From Armatimonadota bacterium (GTDB lineage: Bacteria > Armatimonadota > UBA10988), in NCBI GenBank assembly GCA_016235455.1, contig JACRKZ010000031.1, positions 67,556-131,555 on the forward strand: a DNA stretch of 64,000 bases, written 5' to 3'. Below the pieces are notes generated by a model, which ran no database searches, was not told the DNA's origin, and saw nothing but the letters and a program-made list of their open reading frames with translations. The position numbers and the translations under genes are program-made. Positions 18,214 through 27,821 of the stretch are shown one piece after another (the stretch's first letter is position 1; the number at the start of each line of letters is the position of its first letter).

Positions 18214-19292
18214 GGTAGCTCCCTTGTCTCTTGGGGTTGAACGCCGCTTGGCGCCAGCAGTTCCAGCGCAGCGGCCAACACATCGTCAACGGTGACAGCG
18301 GTCATGCAGTCGAAGCGGCCGGCGCAGGTCGGTCGCTTGTGACACGGCGCGCAGGGCAGCGCCCGGTATAGCGGCCTGTAGGCCGCGTCGGGTCCGAACA
18401 GGCGGGGCGGGGTCGAGCCATAGACCGCCACCGTCGGGCAGCCCACGGCCACCGCCATGTGCATGGGCCCCGTATCCACCGTGAGCATGAGCGCCGCCGA
18501 TTCCAGCAGCGCCCCGGTCTGGGGGATGGTAGTGGCGCAGACGGCACTGCTGACCGGGCTGGTCGCGGCGCCCAGAATGGTCTCGGCCATCTCGGTCTCG
18601 GTGGGGCCGCCGGCGATGATCGCGGGCAGGCCGGTGGCCGCGTGGATGGCGGCCAGGGCTGGCGCCCAGCGCTCGAGGACCCACATCTTCTGAGGCCGCG
18701 TGGTGCCCGGCGCGCAGACCACATAGCCGCCCGGCTCCAGCCCATGCTCGGCCAGCCAGGCGCGGGCCACGGCGCGATCGTCGTCGCTGATCGGCAGCGT
18801 CATGGCGTAGTCTTCGGGCAACGTGGCCTTGGTGCCCAGATGCTCGGCCAGGCTGACGTAGATGCTGGTGATGTAGTCGGGCAGTTCCCTGCGCTGGGCC
18901 TGTTCGTTGTAGACGAACGGCACGCGCTCGGTGGTGTCGGCTGGCCGGATCTTGCGTGGCGCGCGCACGGCCTTGACCAGCCAGGCGGTCTTGAACAGGC
19001 CATGGATGTCGAGTACCACGTCGAAGCGTTCGCCGCGGAGCCGGCGCCACAGCTCGCGCGCCTCCCGCCACAGGCGTCCGCGGTCGGTGCGGAGCCAGGT
19101 GCGCCACTGCTTGCTCGACGGCACGACTAGCACATCGTCGATGCTGGGGTCGCCCTGCACGCAGGCGGCGCAGCGGTTCTCGATGGCCCAGGTGATGTGG
19201 GCGTCGGGGAACGCCTGCTTGATGAGGCGGCTCACGGGCGATGCGGTGACGACGTCACCCAGCGCGCTCAGGCGGACAATCAGCACTCGCAT
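18210..19292 (-). CDS. Glycosyltransferase family 9 (ADP-heptose:LPS heptosyltransferase-like)
   Basis: MRVLIVRLSALGDVVTASPV... N-terminus and C-terminal TVDTGPMHMAVAVGCPTVAVYG motif typical of WaaC/WaaF-type GT9. Confidence 0.8.
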   Translation of the reverse strand: MRVLIVRLSALGDVVTASPVSRLIKQAFPDAHITWAIENRCAACVQGDPSIDDVLVVPSSKQWRTWLRTDRGRLWREARELWRRLRGERFDVVLDIHGLFKTAWLVKAVRAPRKIRPADTTERVPFVYNEQAQRRELPDYITSIYVSLAEHLGTKATLPEDYAMTLPISDDDRAVARAWLAEHGLEPGGYVVCAPGTTRPQKMWVLERWAPALAAIHAATGLPAIIAGGPTETEMAETILGAATSPVSSAVCATTIPQTGALLESAALMLTVDTGPMHMAVAVGCPTVAVYGSTPPRLFGPDAAYRPLYRALPCAPCHKRPTCAGRFDCMTAVTVDDVLAAALELLAPSGVQPQETRELP

Positions 19293-19834
19293 CGGGCCAG
19301 AATCCAGTCGACGGCGGCGGCCAGGTCGTCCACCACCACGGTGGCGGCGTCGGGGCCCAGTTGCGGCTCGGTGGCGCGTCCCTTGCCGGTGCGCACCAAC
19401 ACGGTCGCGGCGCAGCCGGCGGCCTCAGCGGCCTGCAGGTCGCGCGCGGCGTCGCCCACCATGATAGCCTCACCCGGCGCAAAGCTCAACTGCCGCGCAG
19501 CGGCCAGGATGAGCCCGGGCCGCGGCTTGCGGCAGTCGCAGTCGGAGCCCGGTCCGTGCGGGCAGCAGACAACCGCGTCCACTCGCGCGCCGGCCTCGGC
19601 CAGGAGGTTGACCAAGCGCTGATGGATGGCAGCCAGCCCCTCGATGGTCAGCAGGCCGCGGGCGACCGCTGATTGGTTGGTGGCCACGACGACCAGCAGC
19701 CCAGCCTGATTGAGGCGCGCGACCGCCGCGGCCGCGCCGGGCAGGAGCGTCCTCTGGTCGGGCTCGGTGAGCCAGCCCGCCTGCTCGAGGTTGAGCGTGC
19801 CGTCGCGGTCGAGGATGACCGCGCGCGGGGTCAC
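19280..19834 (-). CDS. gmhB: D-glycero-D-manno-heptose 1,7-bisphosphate 7-phosphatase (HAD-IIIA)
   Basis: AVILDRDGTLN DxDGT motif, VVATNQS, zinc-binding CxHxxxxxCxC (CCPHGPGSDCDCRKP), GDAARD. Confidence 0.75.
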   Translation of the reverse strand: MTPRAVILDRDGTLNLEQAGWLTEPDQRTLLPGAAAAVARLNQAGLLVVVATNQSAVARGLLTIEGLAAIHQRLVNLLAEAGARVDAVVCCPHGPGSDCDCRKPRPGLILAAARQLSFAPGEAIMVGDAARDLQAAEAAGCAATVLVRTGKGRATEPQLGPDAATVVVDDLAAAVDWILARCEC

Positions 19835-20304
19835 GAGCCGTAGGTGGCCAGCACCCGATCCACCAGGTTGGTGGTCGACCGGCCGTCGTGGATGGGCACC
19901 AGCCGCACTTCACCACCCGCGGCCTCGACCACGGCGCGCTCGGGCAGCGGCTTGTCCAGGTATTCCACCGACTTGACGTAGATGCGCGGTTTGACCGCGG
20001 CGGCCAGTTCCAGCGCCGTGGGCTCGTCGAACAGGCACACATAGTCGACGCAGGATAGCGCGTCGAGCAACTCGCAGCGTTCGTCCTCGGGCACGATGGG
20101 CCGGTCGGGCCCCTTGAGTCGACGTACGCCGCCGTCGGAGTTGACCCCGACGATGAGGAAGTCGCCCATGGCCCGCGCGGCCTGCAGCGTGCGCAGATGG
20201 CCCACATGCAGCAGGTCGAAGCAGCCGTTGCTGAGCACGCCCTTTTCGCCGGCGGCCTGGCGCCGCGCCACATGGGCGCAGAGATCGTCACGCGATAGGA
20301 TCAT
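19831..20304 (-). CDS. D-glycero-beta-D-manno-heptose 1-phosphate adenylyltransferase (HldE domain II / RfaE2-like cytidylyltransferase fold)
   Basis: 157 aa; GCFDLLHVGHLRTLQAARAMGDFLIVGVNSD nucleotidyltransferase signature; ATGA overlaps with both neighbours. Confidence 0.75.
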   Translation of the reverse strand: MILSRDDLCAHVARRQAAGEKGVLSNGCFDLLHVGHLRTLQAARAMGDFLIVGVNSDGGVRRLKGPDRPIVPEDERCELLDALSCVDYVCLFDEPTALELAAAVKPRIYVKSVEYLDKPLPERAVVEAAGGEVRLVPIHDGRSTTNLVDRVLATYGS

Positions 20305-20747
20305 TCGGGTACGTACGTCCTGCTCTCGGAGACCACGGCGTGGATAGCCGTCAGGATGGGATACGAGACACCATAGACCAGCAGCATGGCGAGGTGCGGC
20401 AGCGGGAAGGCCATGCCGGCCACGCTGTAGGTGGGCACCTTGTCGCCGTAGTGCCAGACGAGCTTGAGCGGCGCCAGGAACATCTGCGGAATGTAGTTGA
20501 GCGGGCCCAGGCGCGCACCGAAACCGGCGGTCTGGCAGACGAACTGGATGATGATCGACAACATCGCGATGGCGAAGAACCAGTCGAGCAGCTTCTTGGT
20601 CGGCGAGTTCTTGATGTGCATCTCGACGGCGCGGTCCTTGCGCGCCTGCTGCGCCTTGCGCTGCTTGTCAGGCTCCAGCACGCGCTCGCGCAGGTTGCCG
20701 GTCTTGCCTCGGCCGTAATCCGGTGGTCGGTAGCCCTTGCTCATCAT
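20301..20747 (-). CDS. Small membrane protein, unknown function
   Basis: 148 aa, basic N-terminus followed by hydrophobic helices (LLDWFFAIAMLSIIIQFV, HLAMLLVYGVSYPILTAIHAVV); translationally coupled into the heptose operon. Confidence 0.5.
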   Translation of the reverse strand: MMSKGYRPPDYGRGKTGNLRERVLEPDKQRKAQQARKDRAVEMHIKNSPTKKLLDWFFAIAMLSIIIQFVCQTAGFGARLGPLNYIPQMFLAPLKLVWHYGDKVPTYSVAGMAFPLPHLAMLLVYGVSYPILTAIHAVVSESRTYVPE

Positions 20748-20776
20748 GCACCCCTTGCCTGGACCCGGGCCGCGCT

Positions 20777-21952
20777 CTAGAGAGCTTTGGCCAGTCGGTC
20801 CATGGCGGTCACCAGAACGTCATCGGGATAGGTCAGCGAGATGCGGAAGTAGCCCTCGCCATGCGCGCCATAGCCCACACCAGGCGTCACCGCCACGCCG
20901 GCGGTCTCCAGCAAGTGGCCGGCGAACTTGATGCTGTCGCCAGCGAACCCGTCCGGCACCGGGGCCCAGATGTAGAGCGTGCCACGGGGCGGCTCGATGG
21001 TCCAGCCCAGCTTGCCCAGCGTCTCGATGACCAGGTCCCGCCGCCTCTGGTAGATGGCGTTGATCGGCGCGATCAGGCGCTCTGCCTGGTCCAGCGCGGT
21101 CACGGCGGCGAGCTGGATGGGCCGCAACTGACCGTTGTCTACATTCTCCTGCACGGTGCGCAAGCCCGCAACGGCTTCTTTGTTGCCGACCGCGAAGCCC
21201 ACCCGCCAGCCGGTCATGTTGAACGCCTTGGACAGCGAGAAGAACTCGATGGTCGTCTCGGCCGCGCCATCGACAGCCAGCGCGCTGGGCGCGACGAACC
21301 CGTCGAAGGTGTTCTCGCTGTAGGCCAGGTCGCTGCACAGCAGGATGCCGTTCTCGCGACAGAAAGCCACGGCCCGCTCATAGAAGCTCGCGTCGCACAC
21401 GGCGGTGGTCGGGTTATTGGGGTAGTTGACCCACAGCAGCTTGGCCTGCGTGCGCACGTTGCGCGGCAGCTCATCGAAATCGGGCAGGTAGCCCTGGCTT
21501 GCGCGCAGCGGCAGGTAGTGCGTCACCGCGCCGGCGAAGGTGGTACCGATGTTGTAGGTCGGGTAGCCGGGCTCGGGCGAGATGGCGATGTCGCCGGGGT
21601 TGAGGAAGGCCATCGGCAGCTTGGCGATGGCGTCCTTGGAGCCCATGGTGACCACGATCTGGTCCAGGTCGAGCGAGACGCCGAAACGCCGCTGATAGAA
21701 GTGCTGGATGGCGACCGGCAGGGCCTCGGCCGGCACATCGCAGCCATAGCGGTGCCGGTTGGGGTCGGTCTCGTCGCGGATGGTGCGGCACAACTCCGCA
21801 ATCACGGGATCAGGCGTGGCCGAGTCGGGGTCGCCGATGCCCAGCGTGATGACATCCATACCGCGCTCGCGAGCCGCGGCCATTTTGCGGCGCAGCTCGG
21901 CAAACAGATAAGGGGGCAGCTTCTGAAGGCGATTCGAGCGGTCCAGATTCAC
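20777..21952 (-). CDS. Class I/II PLP-dependent aminotransferase, LL-diaminopimelate aminotransferase (DapL)-like
   Basis: 391 aa; N-terminal NRLQKLPPYLFAEL, SLSKAFNMTGWRVG (PLP-lysine region), YPNNPT motifs; 30 nt upstream of the coupled heptose genes. Confidence 0.65.
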   Translation of the reverse strand: MNLDRSNRLQKLPPYLFAELRRKMAAARERGMDVITLGIGDPDSATPDPVIAELCRTIRDETDPNRHRYGCDVPAEALPVAIQHFYQRRFGVSLDLDQIVVTMGSKDAIAKLPMAFLNPGDIAISPEPGYPTYNIGTTFAGAVTHYLPLRASQGYLPDFDELPRNVRTQAKLLWVNYPNNPTTAVCDASFYERAVAFCRENGILLCSDLAYSENTFDGFVAPSALAVDGAAETTIEFFSLSKAFNMTGWRVGFAVGNKEAVAGLRTVQENVDNGQLRPIQLAAVTALDQAERLIAPINAIYQRRRDLVIETLGKLGWTIEPPRGTLYIWAPVPDGFAGDSIKFAGHLLETAGVAVTPGVGYGAHGEGYFRISLTYPDDVLVTAMDRLAKAL

Positions 21953-22043
21953 GACAACCTCCGCGACAAGTCGGTCCCGCGATTATCACCCATGGGGCGC
22001 CGCTTGGCAACCGCCACGCCACTGGCGCGTCTGCCCTCCGGCA

Positions 22044-24806
22044 CTACATGCTGATGTCGGCCAGCAGGCGCGCCGCGACGCCGGCGTCAGCCGCTTCGAC
22101 CTGCACGGTCAGCCCGCGCGCCGGCAGGTTGGCGCGCGCGCATGATTCGTCGCCCCTTTGGCCGGTGCCCGGCTCGGCCAGGAACTGCCGGCGCATACTG
22201 TCGGGCCAGGGGCTGCGCGTCGGCTGAGCCACCCGCAGCGTGGCCGCGCCGTCAGCCACCCGCAGCTTCAGTCTGAGTTCGGCCGTATCCACTTCGGGCC
22301 GGCCGGTGGACAGGTCGTCGGGATGGTGCGGGTAGAGCGCCGCCTCGTCGAGCGTGGCGCCGGACGGCAGACGCAGGCCCAACTGGGTAAGCAGTTGCCT
22401 GGCCGTGGCCGGCTCGAGCGGTAGCCGCGAAGGCGTGCCCGCGCGATAGGTGTCCGAGACGGTGTAGCCGGCCAGGTATTTCTCGTGCAGGTGCCGCGGC
22501 GTGGTGAACTCGAGCAAGGGCCGCTCATCGGTGTTCAGCGGGGCGCCCTGACTGAAGGCGGCCAGTTGCTCGCGGTCGAGGACCAGGCCGCCGAACAGCG
22601 TCCACAGGCTGTCGATGCCGACCTGTCGGGCATCCTCGGCCACGGCGCCGGTCAGGCTGCTGGCCACGGTCAGCGGGTCGGGCCGCACGCCGTCGCAGCT
22701 GCCGATGACGAGAAAGTCGGTGCGCAGCTTGGGGAAGACCCACAGCGTGGCGTCGGGGAAGACGCTGGCGAAGGTGGCCAGCGCCGTGCGCATCTCGGCG
22801 GTATTGAGGTTGTAGGCGGGCAGCCACTGGCACATGACGCCGCCCGGCTTGAGCCGCCTGGCGCAGTCGGCGTAGTATTCACGGGTGAACAGGTTGTTGA
22901 CCCCGGCGATCCACGGGTTGGTCGGTTCCGAGGTGATCAGGCCGAACCGCTCGCGGGCCATGAGCACGTAGTTGCGCGCATCGGCTAGCAGCAGGTTCAT
23001 GCGCCCATCGTCCAGGCAGCGATGGTTCCACTGGTCGAAGAAGCGGGCCGCCGGCAGCATGGCCGGCTCGATCTCGATGCACTGCACGCGCCGCACCGGG
23101 TGCAGCAACACCGAGCCCGTGGAACAGCCGCTGGCCAGGCCGACCACCAGCACGTTGTCCGGCTTGGGCCGCAGCAATAGCGGCAGGTGGGCCACGATAC
23201 GCTGGGTGGACAGGTCGCCTGTGGAAGCGTCGGTCTTGCCGTTGGCCTGCAGCGTGACATCGCCTGACGACAGCTTGAACACCGAGACCGACGACCCGTA
23301 GCCCTCGCGGTAGAACATCACCTTCTTGTCGCGGTAGACCGCGCTCAGCGGCACGTTCCGCGCTTGCGCGCCCAGGAAGTAGTCGGCATACATGTAGGTG
23401 CCGGCGGACATCACCGCGGGGTCGAGGCCGACCAGCGTCAGTCGCGCGAGCACGACGAGCGACAGCGCGCCCAGCCCGACCAGGGCCGGCCTGGTGACGA
23501 GCCGCTCGCTGCTGCGCACGTGGACCCAGCAGGCTACGCCCAGGTTGACCACCGCCGCCAACGCGATGCTGCGCTCGATGCCCAGCCGCGGCAGCAAGAC
23601 GAACCCCGCGAGCAGCGAGCCGACCACGGTGCCCAGCGTGTTGGCGGCATAGGGCAGGCCGGCGCTACGGCCCGCGCCGTCCGACATGTCCGCCGCCATG
23701 CGGCTGACCAGCGGGAACAGCGCGCCGAGCGCCAGGGTGGTGGGCAGCAACAGCAGGCAGCAGGCCGCGAACTGCAGCACCTGCAGCGCAGCGAAGGCGC
23801 CTCCGCTGCGGGCGTAGGTCGACAGAAACACCTGCGGCAGGTACTCGATGAGCGGTGTGGCCGCCGCTGCCCACAGCGCCACCAGCACCTGCAGCAGCGC
23901 GAACCCGCTGTAGCGCAGGTTGGCGCGATCGACCACCCGACCGGCCAGCGCCGCGCCCAGTGCCAGACCTACCAGGAAGGCGGCCAGCATGGTGGTGAAG
24001 GCGTACGTCGAGTTGCCGAAGACGAGCACGAACGCGCGCGTCCAGGCCACTTCGTAGACCATGGCCGCCATGCCCGACAGGCCAAATCCCCAAAGCACCG
24101 CGCGGTAGGCCGGCGTCGCTGCGGCGGGCGCGTTGGTCGGCGGATCAGGTGGCTCCTGAGTCCAGCCGCTGCGCTGCGGCTGCTCGCCGCGGGCCAGCAC
24201 CAGCGCCAGCAGCGCCACACTCAGGTTGACAGTCGCGGCCGACCACAGCGTGCCCTTGACGCCCAGGTGCTCGATGAGCACGAACCCGGTAACCAGCGTG
24301 CCGACCGTGGCGCCGATGGTGTTGACCGCGTAGAGCGCACCGGCGCCGCGGCCCATGAGGTCGGGCGCCGCAGTGAAGTAGCGCACCAGCACGGGCAGCG
24401 TGCCGCCCATCATGAACGTCGGCACGACCAGCGCCGGGAAGCAGAGCAGCACGCGGGCGGCGCTGAGCAGATGGAAGTCGCCCATCACGTTGGCGAACAG
24501 GAGGGTGTGCAGCCAGCGCACGAGCGCGAACAGCAACGGCGTGGCCGCCGCCGACAGGGCGATGCCGATTTCCAGCCGGGCATAGAGCGCCAACGGCCGC
24601 TCGCACCGGTCGGCGCGCCGACCCCAGTAGCGGCTGCCCAGCGCCAGCCCGGCCATGTAGGACGCCATCACCGTGCCCGCGCCAAGCACGGTTGCGCCGA
24701 AGATGAGGGTCAGGTCACGCACCCAGACCACTTCGTACGCCAGGGCGGTGGCGCCGGACAGCAGGAAACATGAGCAGATGAGCGTTCGGCGAACCATGTC
24801 CCCCAA
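22044..24806 (-). CDS. Fused MFS-type polytopic membrane domain / spermidine-synthase-like (polyamine aminopropyltransferase fold) protein
   Basis: N-terminal ~480 aa with many TM helices, C-terminal VLVVGLASGCSTGSV methyltransferase-fold Gly-rich motif and spermidine-synthase-like region. Confidence 0.7.
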   Translation of the reverse strand: MGDMVRRTLICSCFLLSGATALAYEVVWVRDLTLIFGATVLGAGTVMASYMAGLALGSRYWGRRADRCERPLALYARLEIGIALSAAATPLLFALVRWLHTLLFANVMGDFHLLSAARVLLCFPALVVPTFMMGGTLPVLVRYFTAAPDLMGRGAGALYAVNTIGATVGTLVTGFVLIEHLGVKGTLWSAATVNLSVALLALVLARGEQPQRSGWTQEPPDPPTNAPAAATPAYRAVLWGFGLSGMAAMVYEVAWTRAFVLVFGNSTYAFTTMLAAFLVGLALGAALAGRVVDRANLRYSGFALLQVLVALWAAAATPLIEYLPQVFLSTYARSGGAFAALQVLQFAACCLLLLPTTLALGALFPLVSRMAADMSDGAGRSAGLPYAANTLGTVVGSLLAGFVLLPRLGIERSIALAAVVNLGVACWVHVRSSERLVTRPALVGLGALSLVVLARLTLVGLDPAVMSAGTYMYADYFLGAQARNVPLSAVYRDKKVMFYREGYGSSVSVFKLSSGDVTLQANGKTDASTGDLSTQRIVAHLPLLLRPKPDNVLVVGLASGCSTGSVLLHPVRRVQCIEIEPAMLPAARFFDQWNHRCLDDGRMNLLLADARNYVLMARERFGLITSEPTNPWIAGVNNLFTREYYADCARRLKPGGVMCQWLPAYNLNTAEMRTALATFASVFPDATLWVFPKLRTDFLVIGSCDGVRPDPLTVASSLTGAVAEDARQVGIDSLWTLFGGLVLDREQLAAFSQGAPLNTDERPLLEFTTPRHLHEKYLAGYTVSDTYRAGTPSRLPLEPATARQLLTQLGLRLPSGATLDEAALYPHHPDDLSTGRPEVDTAELRLKLRVADGAATLRVAQPTRSPWPDSMRRQFLAEPGTGQRGDESCARANLPARGLTVQVEAADAGVAARLLADISM

Positions 24807-24914
24807 ACCTCCTGGTGTGGCACGAAAGCTACCACAACACGCGGTCTGGGTTCAAGACGTCGCGGCTGTGCGTCAGGGCCGACCTGAACTCAGAAGCCTG
24901 TCCAACCAGCCGGC

Positions 24915-27821
24915 TCACCGGCCGAGCGCGCCGCGCAGGGCGACGATGACCTCGTTCAGCTCACCGCGCGCGTCGGTCAGCAGGCGCGGCTCGAGCGTGT
25001 AGCTGAAGTTGGGCGAGCCATCGGTGCGCTTGAGCACGCGCTCATCGACCATCAGCAGCCGGCGCGCGCGCGCCGTGAGTGTGGGTGCCAGACCGGCCTT
25101 CTCGGCCTCATCGGCGAGTTGGCGCAGCATCTTGAAGCACTCATAGTCCTCGATGCCATCCCGGTTGGCGTTGAGCCGGATCGACGGATAGAAGGCCTCG
25201 TCAGGTCCCCAGTAGCACAGCGTGCCGTCGCCGTTCCCCATGTTGGCCGGTCCCATGGGATAGGCTTCCGTGGGTCCGTCGGTGGTCATCTTCGCGGGAT
25301 CGCCGAAGTACTCCACGCCCCAGTACAAGAAGCCGGTCTTGTCGTACTTCCAGCTCAGCCAGAAGACCATGCGCTGGTCGATGGTGGGGTAGTCCACGAA
25401 GAAGTTGGGGTAGGGGTGCTGTGGCCCACAGCAGATGTACCACCAGCGCTCCGCTCCGCTGTTGGCCCAGCCAGCCAGCGCGGTCTCGCTCGACTTCTCG
25501 CCGGGGTGGGCTTCGGGCAGGCCACCGGGCACCCAGATGCTGGATTTGCCGAACAGGCGTGGGTCACGAGGCGCGGTCATCAGGCGCTTCAGGCCTGGCG
25601 CCTCGCGGTCCAGGAGCGCGGCCAGGCGCAGGTTGGCCTGCACGGCGTCATCCTGCCAGCCCTCGTCGACCATGTACCAGACGGCGGCGTCGTACCATCC
25701 TCTCTCCTTAAGATGTGGGACCAGGGCCCGGAGGTAGGCCTCCAGGAAGGTCCAGTACGCCTCCTTGGCCGCGGCGCCCGCCAGCGTGCCGCAGCCGGGC
25801 GTATTGCCCACGAAGAGCGTGCGCATCCCGGCCCTGTACTGGCGGCTCCAGATGCGGTCGGCCTGCGTGAAGTCGAAGTGCCAGCCGTCGTCGGCCTTGG
25901 TCTCGCCCATGTAGGCCATGAGCGAGCTTGGCTCGGGGTTGCCTTCCCAGCCAAAGGCTTGCACGCCAACGCGGCGTTTGAGGCAGACGTCCATCATGCG
26001 CAGGTAGGTGTCCACCGGCGTGGCCTGCTTGTAGTCGGCGGCGCCGCGGTAGCGCTGGGTGATCTGCGGCGCGCGAAAGGCGAAGACCTGCCGCAGTCCG
26101 TGCTCCTCGGGCAGGCTGAAATCAAGGATGCGCAGTTCAATCGGCACGCGCTCCGTCTGACCGGCGGCGGAAACGACCAGACTACCGGTGTAGACGCCGG
26201 CTTTGGCGTCGCGCGGGGCCCACAGGTCGATCCATAGCGGCTGGCAGAGCTGTGTCAACGCGAACGGCTGGTCGGCCGGCAGCAGGGGATCCGGCCACCA
26301 GCGCGGCCCAGGGTCGGCGCCGCCGGTGGGTGACTCGGTATGCACATAGCAGACGCGATGCAGTTCGCTGTCCAGCCGCAGCTCTTGGCCGGCGGCGTCG
26401 ACAAACGGCGCCAGGCTAGCCTGGACGCCGCTCAGATCGCCCTGGAGCGGCACGATCACGACCTGGGCGCTCTCGCCCTCGCCGCGCGCGGCCGCCACTC
26501 GTACCGGTCCCTGCAACGGGCCGGCCGGCGGTTCGTCGCGGAAGACCTTGGTCAGTGGCTGGCCGCGAACCACGGCAAACCGCGCCTGCGCCGGGGCCCT
26601 AACAGCCACCGCTGCTCGACCGGCCAGGCGCTTGCTCGCGGGTGCCAGGGCGTCGATCCGCGCGCCCAGCGCCTGCCAGCGCTCGACGGTTGTCAGGCTG
26701 CTCTCGCCGGCCGCCAGCGCGGTCGCCTCGGCAGTCAGCCGTTGGATCTCCTGCTCGACCTGTTGAGCGCCAGCGTGCAGCGGATGGTCGGCCGGCAGCG
26801 GTGCGATGGTGCGTACCGTGGCCGCCAGCTCCGCCTGCACCAGCGCGGCTCGCCGGGGCAGATCGGCCGGGCTCTCGGTCCAACTGGTCCACCACCGCCG
26901 CTGGTCGCCGGCGCGCACCTCCAGGCGGAAGTCGCTGCGACCGGCCGCGACGGTCAGGGGCAGCACGCTGGCCTGACCGTCGGCGCGCACGGCAAGGGTC
27001 TCTGTCTGCCACGGGCCGTCGCCGTGGCGCTGCTCGCAGATCACTGTGTCGCCGGCGCCCGCGGGCACCGTGACTCGCACCACCTTGTGGCCCACGCCCG
27101 CCGAACCGGGCTCGACCGCAGGGCGCGCCGTGGCGGCCATCAGCTTCGGCCACTGCGCCTGCCACAGCCGGTCGACGGCCTCGGCGGTCGGGTAGCCGGC
27201 ATCCTCGTAGAGGTTGGTGGCGATGATCGCGCCCCGGCCGATGTCCGCGCGCAGACAGATGGGCTGGCCATCGGGACACGTGGCCAGGACCTTCCAGCCA
27301 GGGCCGACATCGACGAAGTGCGCCCAGGGCACCTTGCAGTCGGCCGGCGGTACGCCCGGGTCGGCTGGCGCGGCGACCTTGATCGCCCCCTGGTTCTTCA
27401 TGCCGTCGGGGCACTGCGCGGTGTGAAGCCCCAGGCCCTCGCCGAGCTGCGACACCCAGCCCTGCATCTGGCCGTAGTTGGCGTCGACCGCGACGATGAT
27501 GCCGCCACGCGCCAGAAACGCGCGCCAACGCTCGATGTGCTGCTCGAACGGTTGGGCGTGTTCGTAGTTGTAGAGCGGCGGCGGGATGAACAGGTCGTAG
27601 CGGTCCAGGTCGGCCATGAGCGCTGCGATCTCCGTGTTCTCGCGCCGGTCATAGGGCCAGCCCAGCTGGTCGAAGGTGGCCACGTTCGATTCGCGATAGC
27701 GGTGGGCGCCGTTGAGCCACGAGGAGTAGGTGCCGAAGACGCGCGGCAGGGGCGCGTTGGGTGCCGCCCCCACACCCACGGCGAACAGTAGCGCCAGCCA
27801 TGGCGCGAGGGTTGTCCTCAT
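24915..27821 (-). CDS. Large secreted DUF4091-like glycoside-hydrolase-domain protein
   Basis: Signal peptide MRTTLAPWLALLFAVGVGAAPNA (start 27821); C-terminal WWYICCGPQHPYPNFFVDYP, FLYWGVEYFG, GDGTLCYWGPDE, NRDGIEDYE motifs typical of DUF4091 (from memory). Confidence 0.6.
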   Translation of the reverse strand: MRTTLAPWLALLFAVGVGAAPNAPLPRVFGTYSSWLNGAHRYRESNVATFDQLGWPYDRRENTEIAALMADLDRYDLFIPPPLYNYEHAQPFEQHIERWRAFLARGGIIVAVDANYGQMQGWVSQLGEGLGLHTAQCPDGMKNQGAIKVAAPADPGVPPADCKVPWAHFVDVGPGWKVLATCPDGQPICLRADIGRGAIIATNLYEDAGYPTAEAVDRLWQAQWPKLMAATARPAVEPGSAGVGHKVVRVTVPAGAGDTVICEQRHGDGPWQTETLAVRADGQASVLPLTVAAGRSDFRLEVRAGDQRRWWTSWTESPADLPRRAALVQAELAATVRTIAPLPADHPLHAGAQQVEQEIQRLTAEATALAAGESSLTTVERWQALGARIDALAPASKRLAGRAAVAVRAPAQARFAVVRGQPLTKVFRDEPPAGPLQGPVRVAAARGEGESAQVVIVPLQGDLSGVQASLAPFVDAAGQELRLDSELHRVCYVHTESPTGGADPGPRWWPDPLLPADQPFALTQLCQPLWIDLWAPRDAKAGVYTGSLVVSAAGQTERVPIELRILDFSLPEEHGLRQVFAFRAPQITQRYRGAADYKQATPVDTYLRMMDVCLKRRVGVQAFGWEGNPEPSSLMAYMGETKADDGWHFDFTQADRIWSRQYRAGMRTLFVGNTPGCGTLAGAAAKEAYWTFLEAYLRALVPHLKERGWYDAAVWYMVDEGWQDDAVQANLRLAALLDREAPGLKRLMTAPRDPRLFGKSSIWVPGGLPEAHPGEKSSETALAGWANSGAERWWYICCGPQHPYPNFFVDYPTIDQRMVFWLSWKYDKTGFLYWGVEYFGDPAKMTTDGPTEAYPMGPANMGNGDGTLCYWGPDEAFYPSIRLNANRDGIEDYECFKMLRQLADEAEKAGLAPTLTARARRLLMVDERVLKRTDGSPNFSYTLEPRLLTDARGELNEVIVALRGALGR

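Noticed and set aside
20723-22054. 443-aa plus-strand ORF antisense to the DapL-like aminotransferase
   Set aside because: The minus strand encodes a full-length PLP aminotransferase with conserved motifs.
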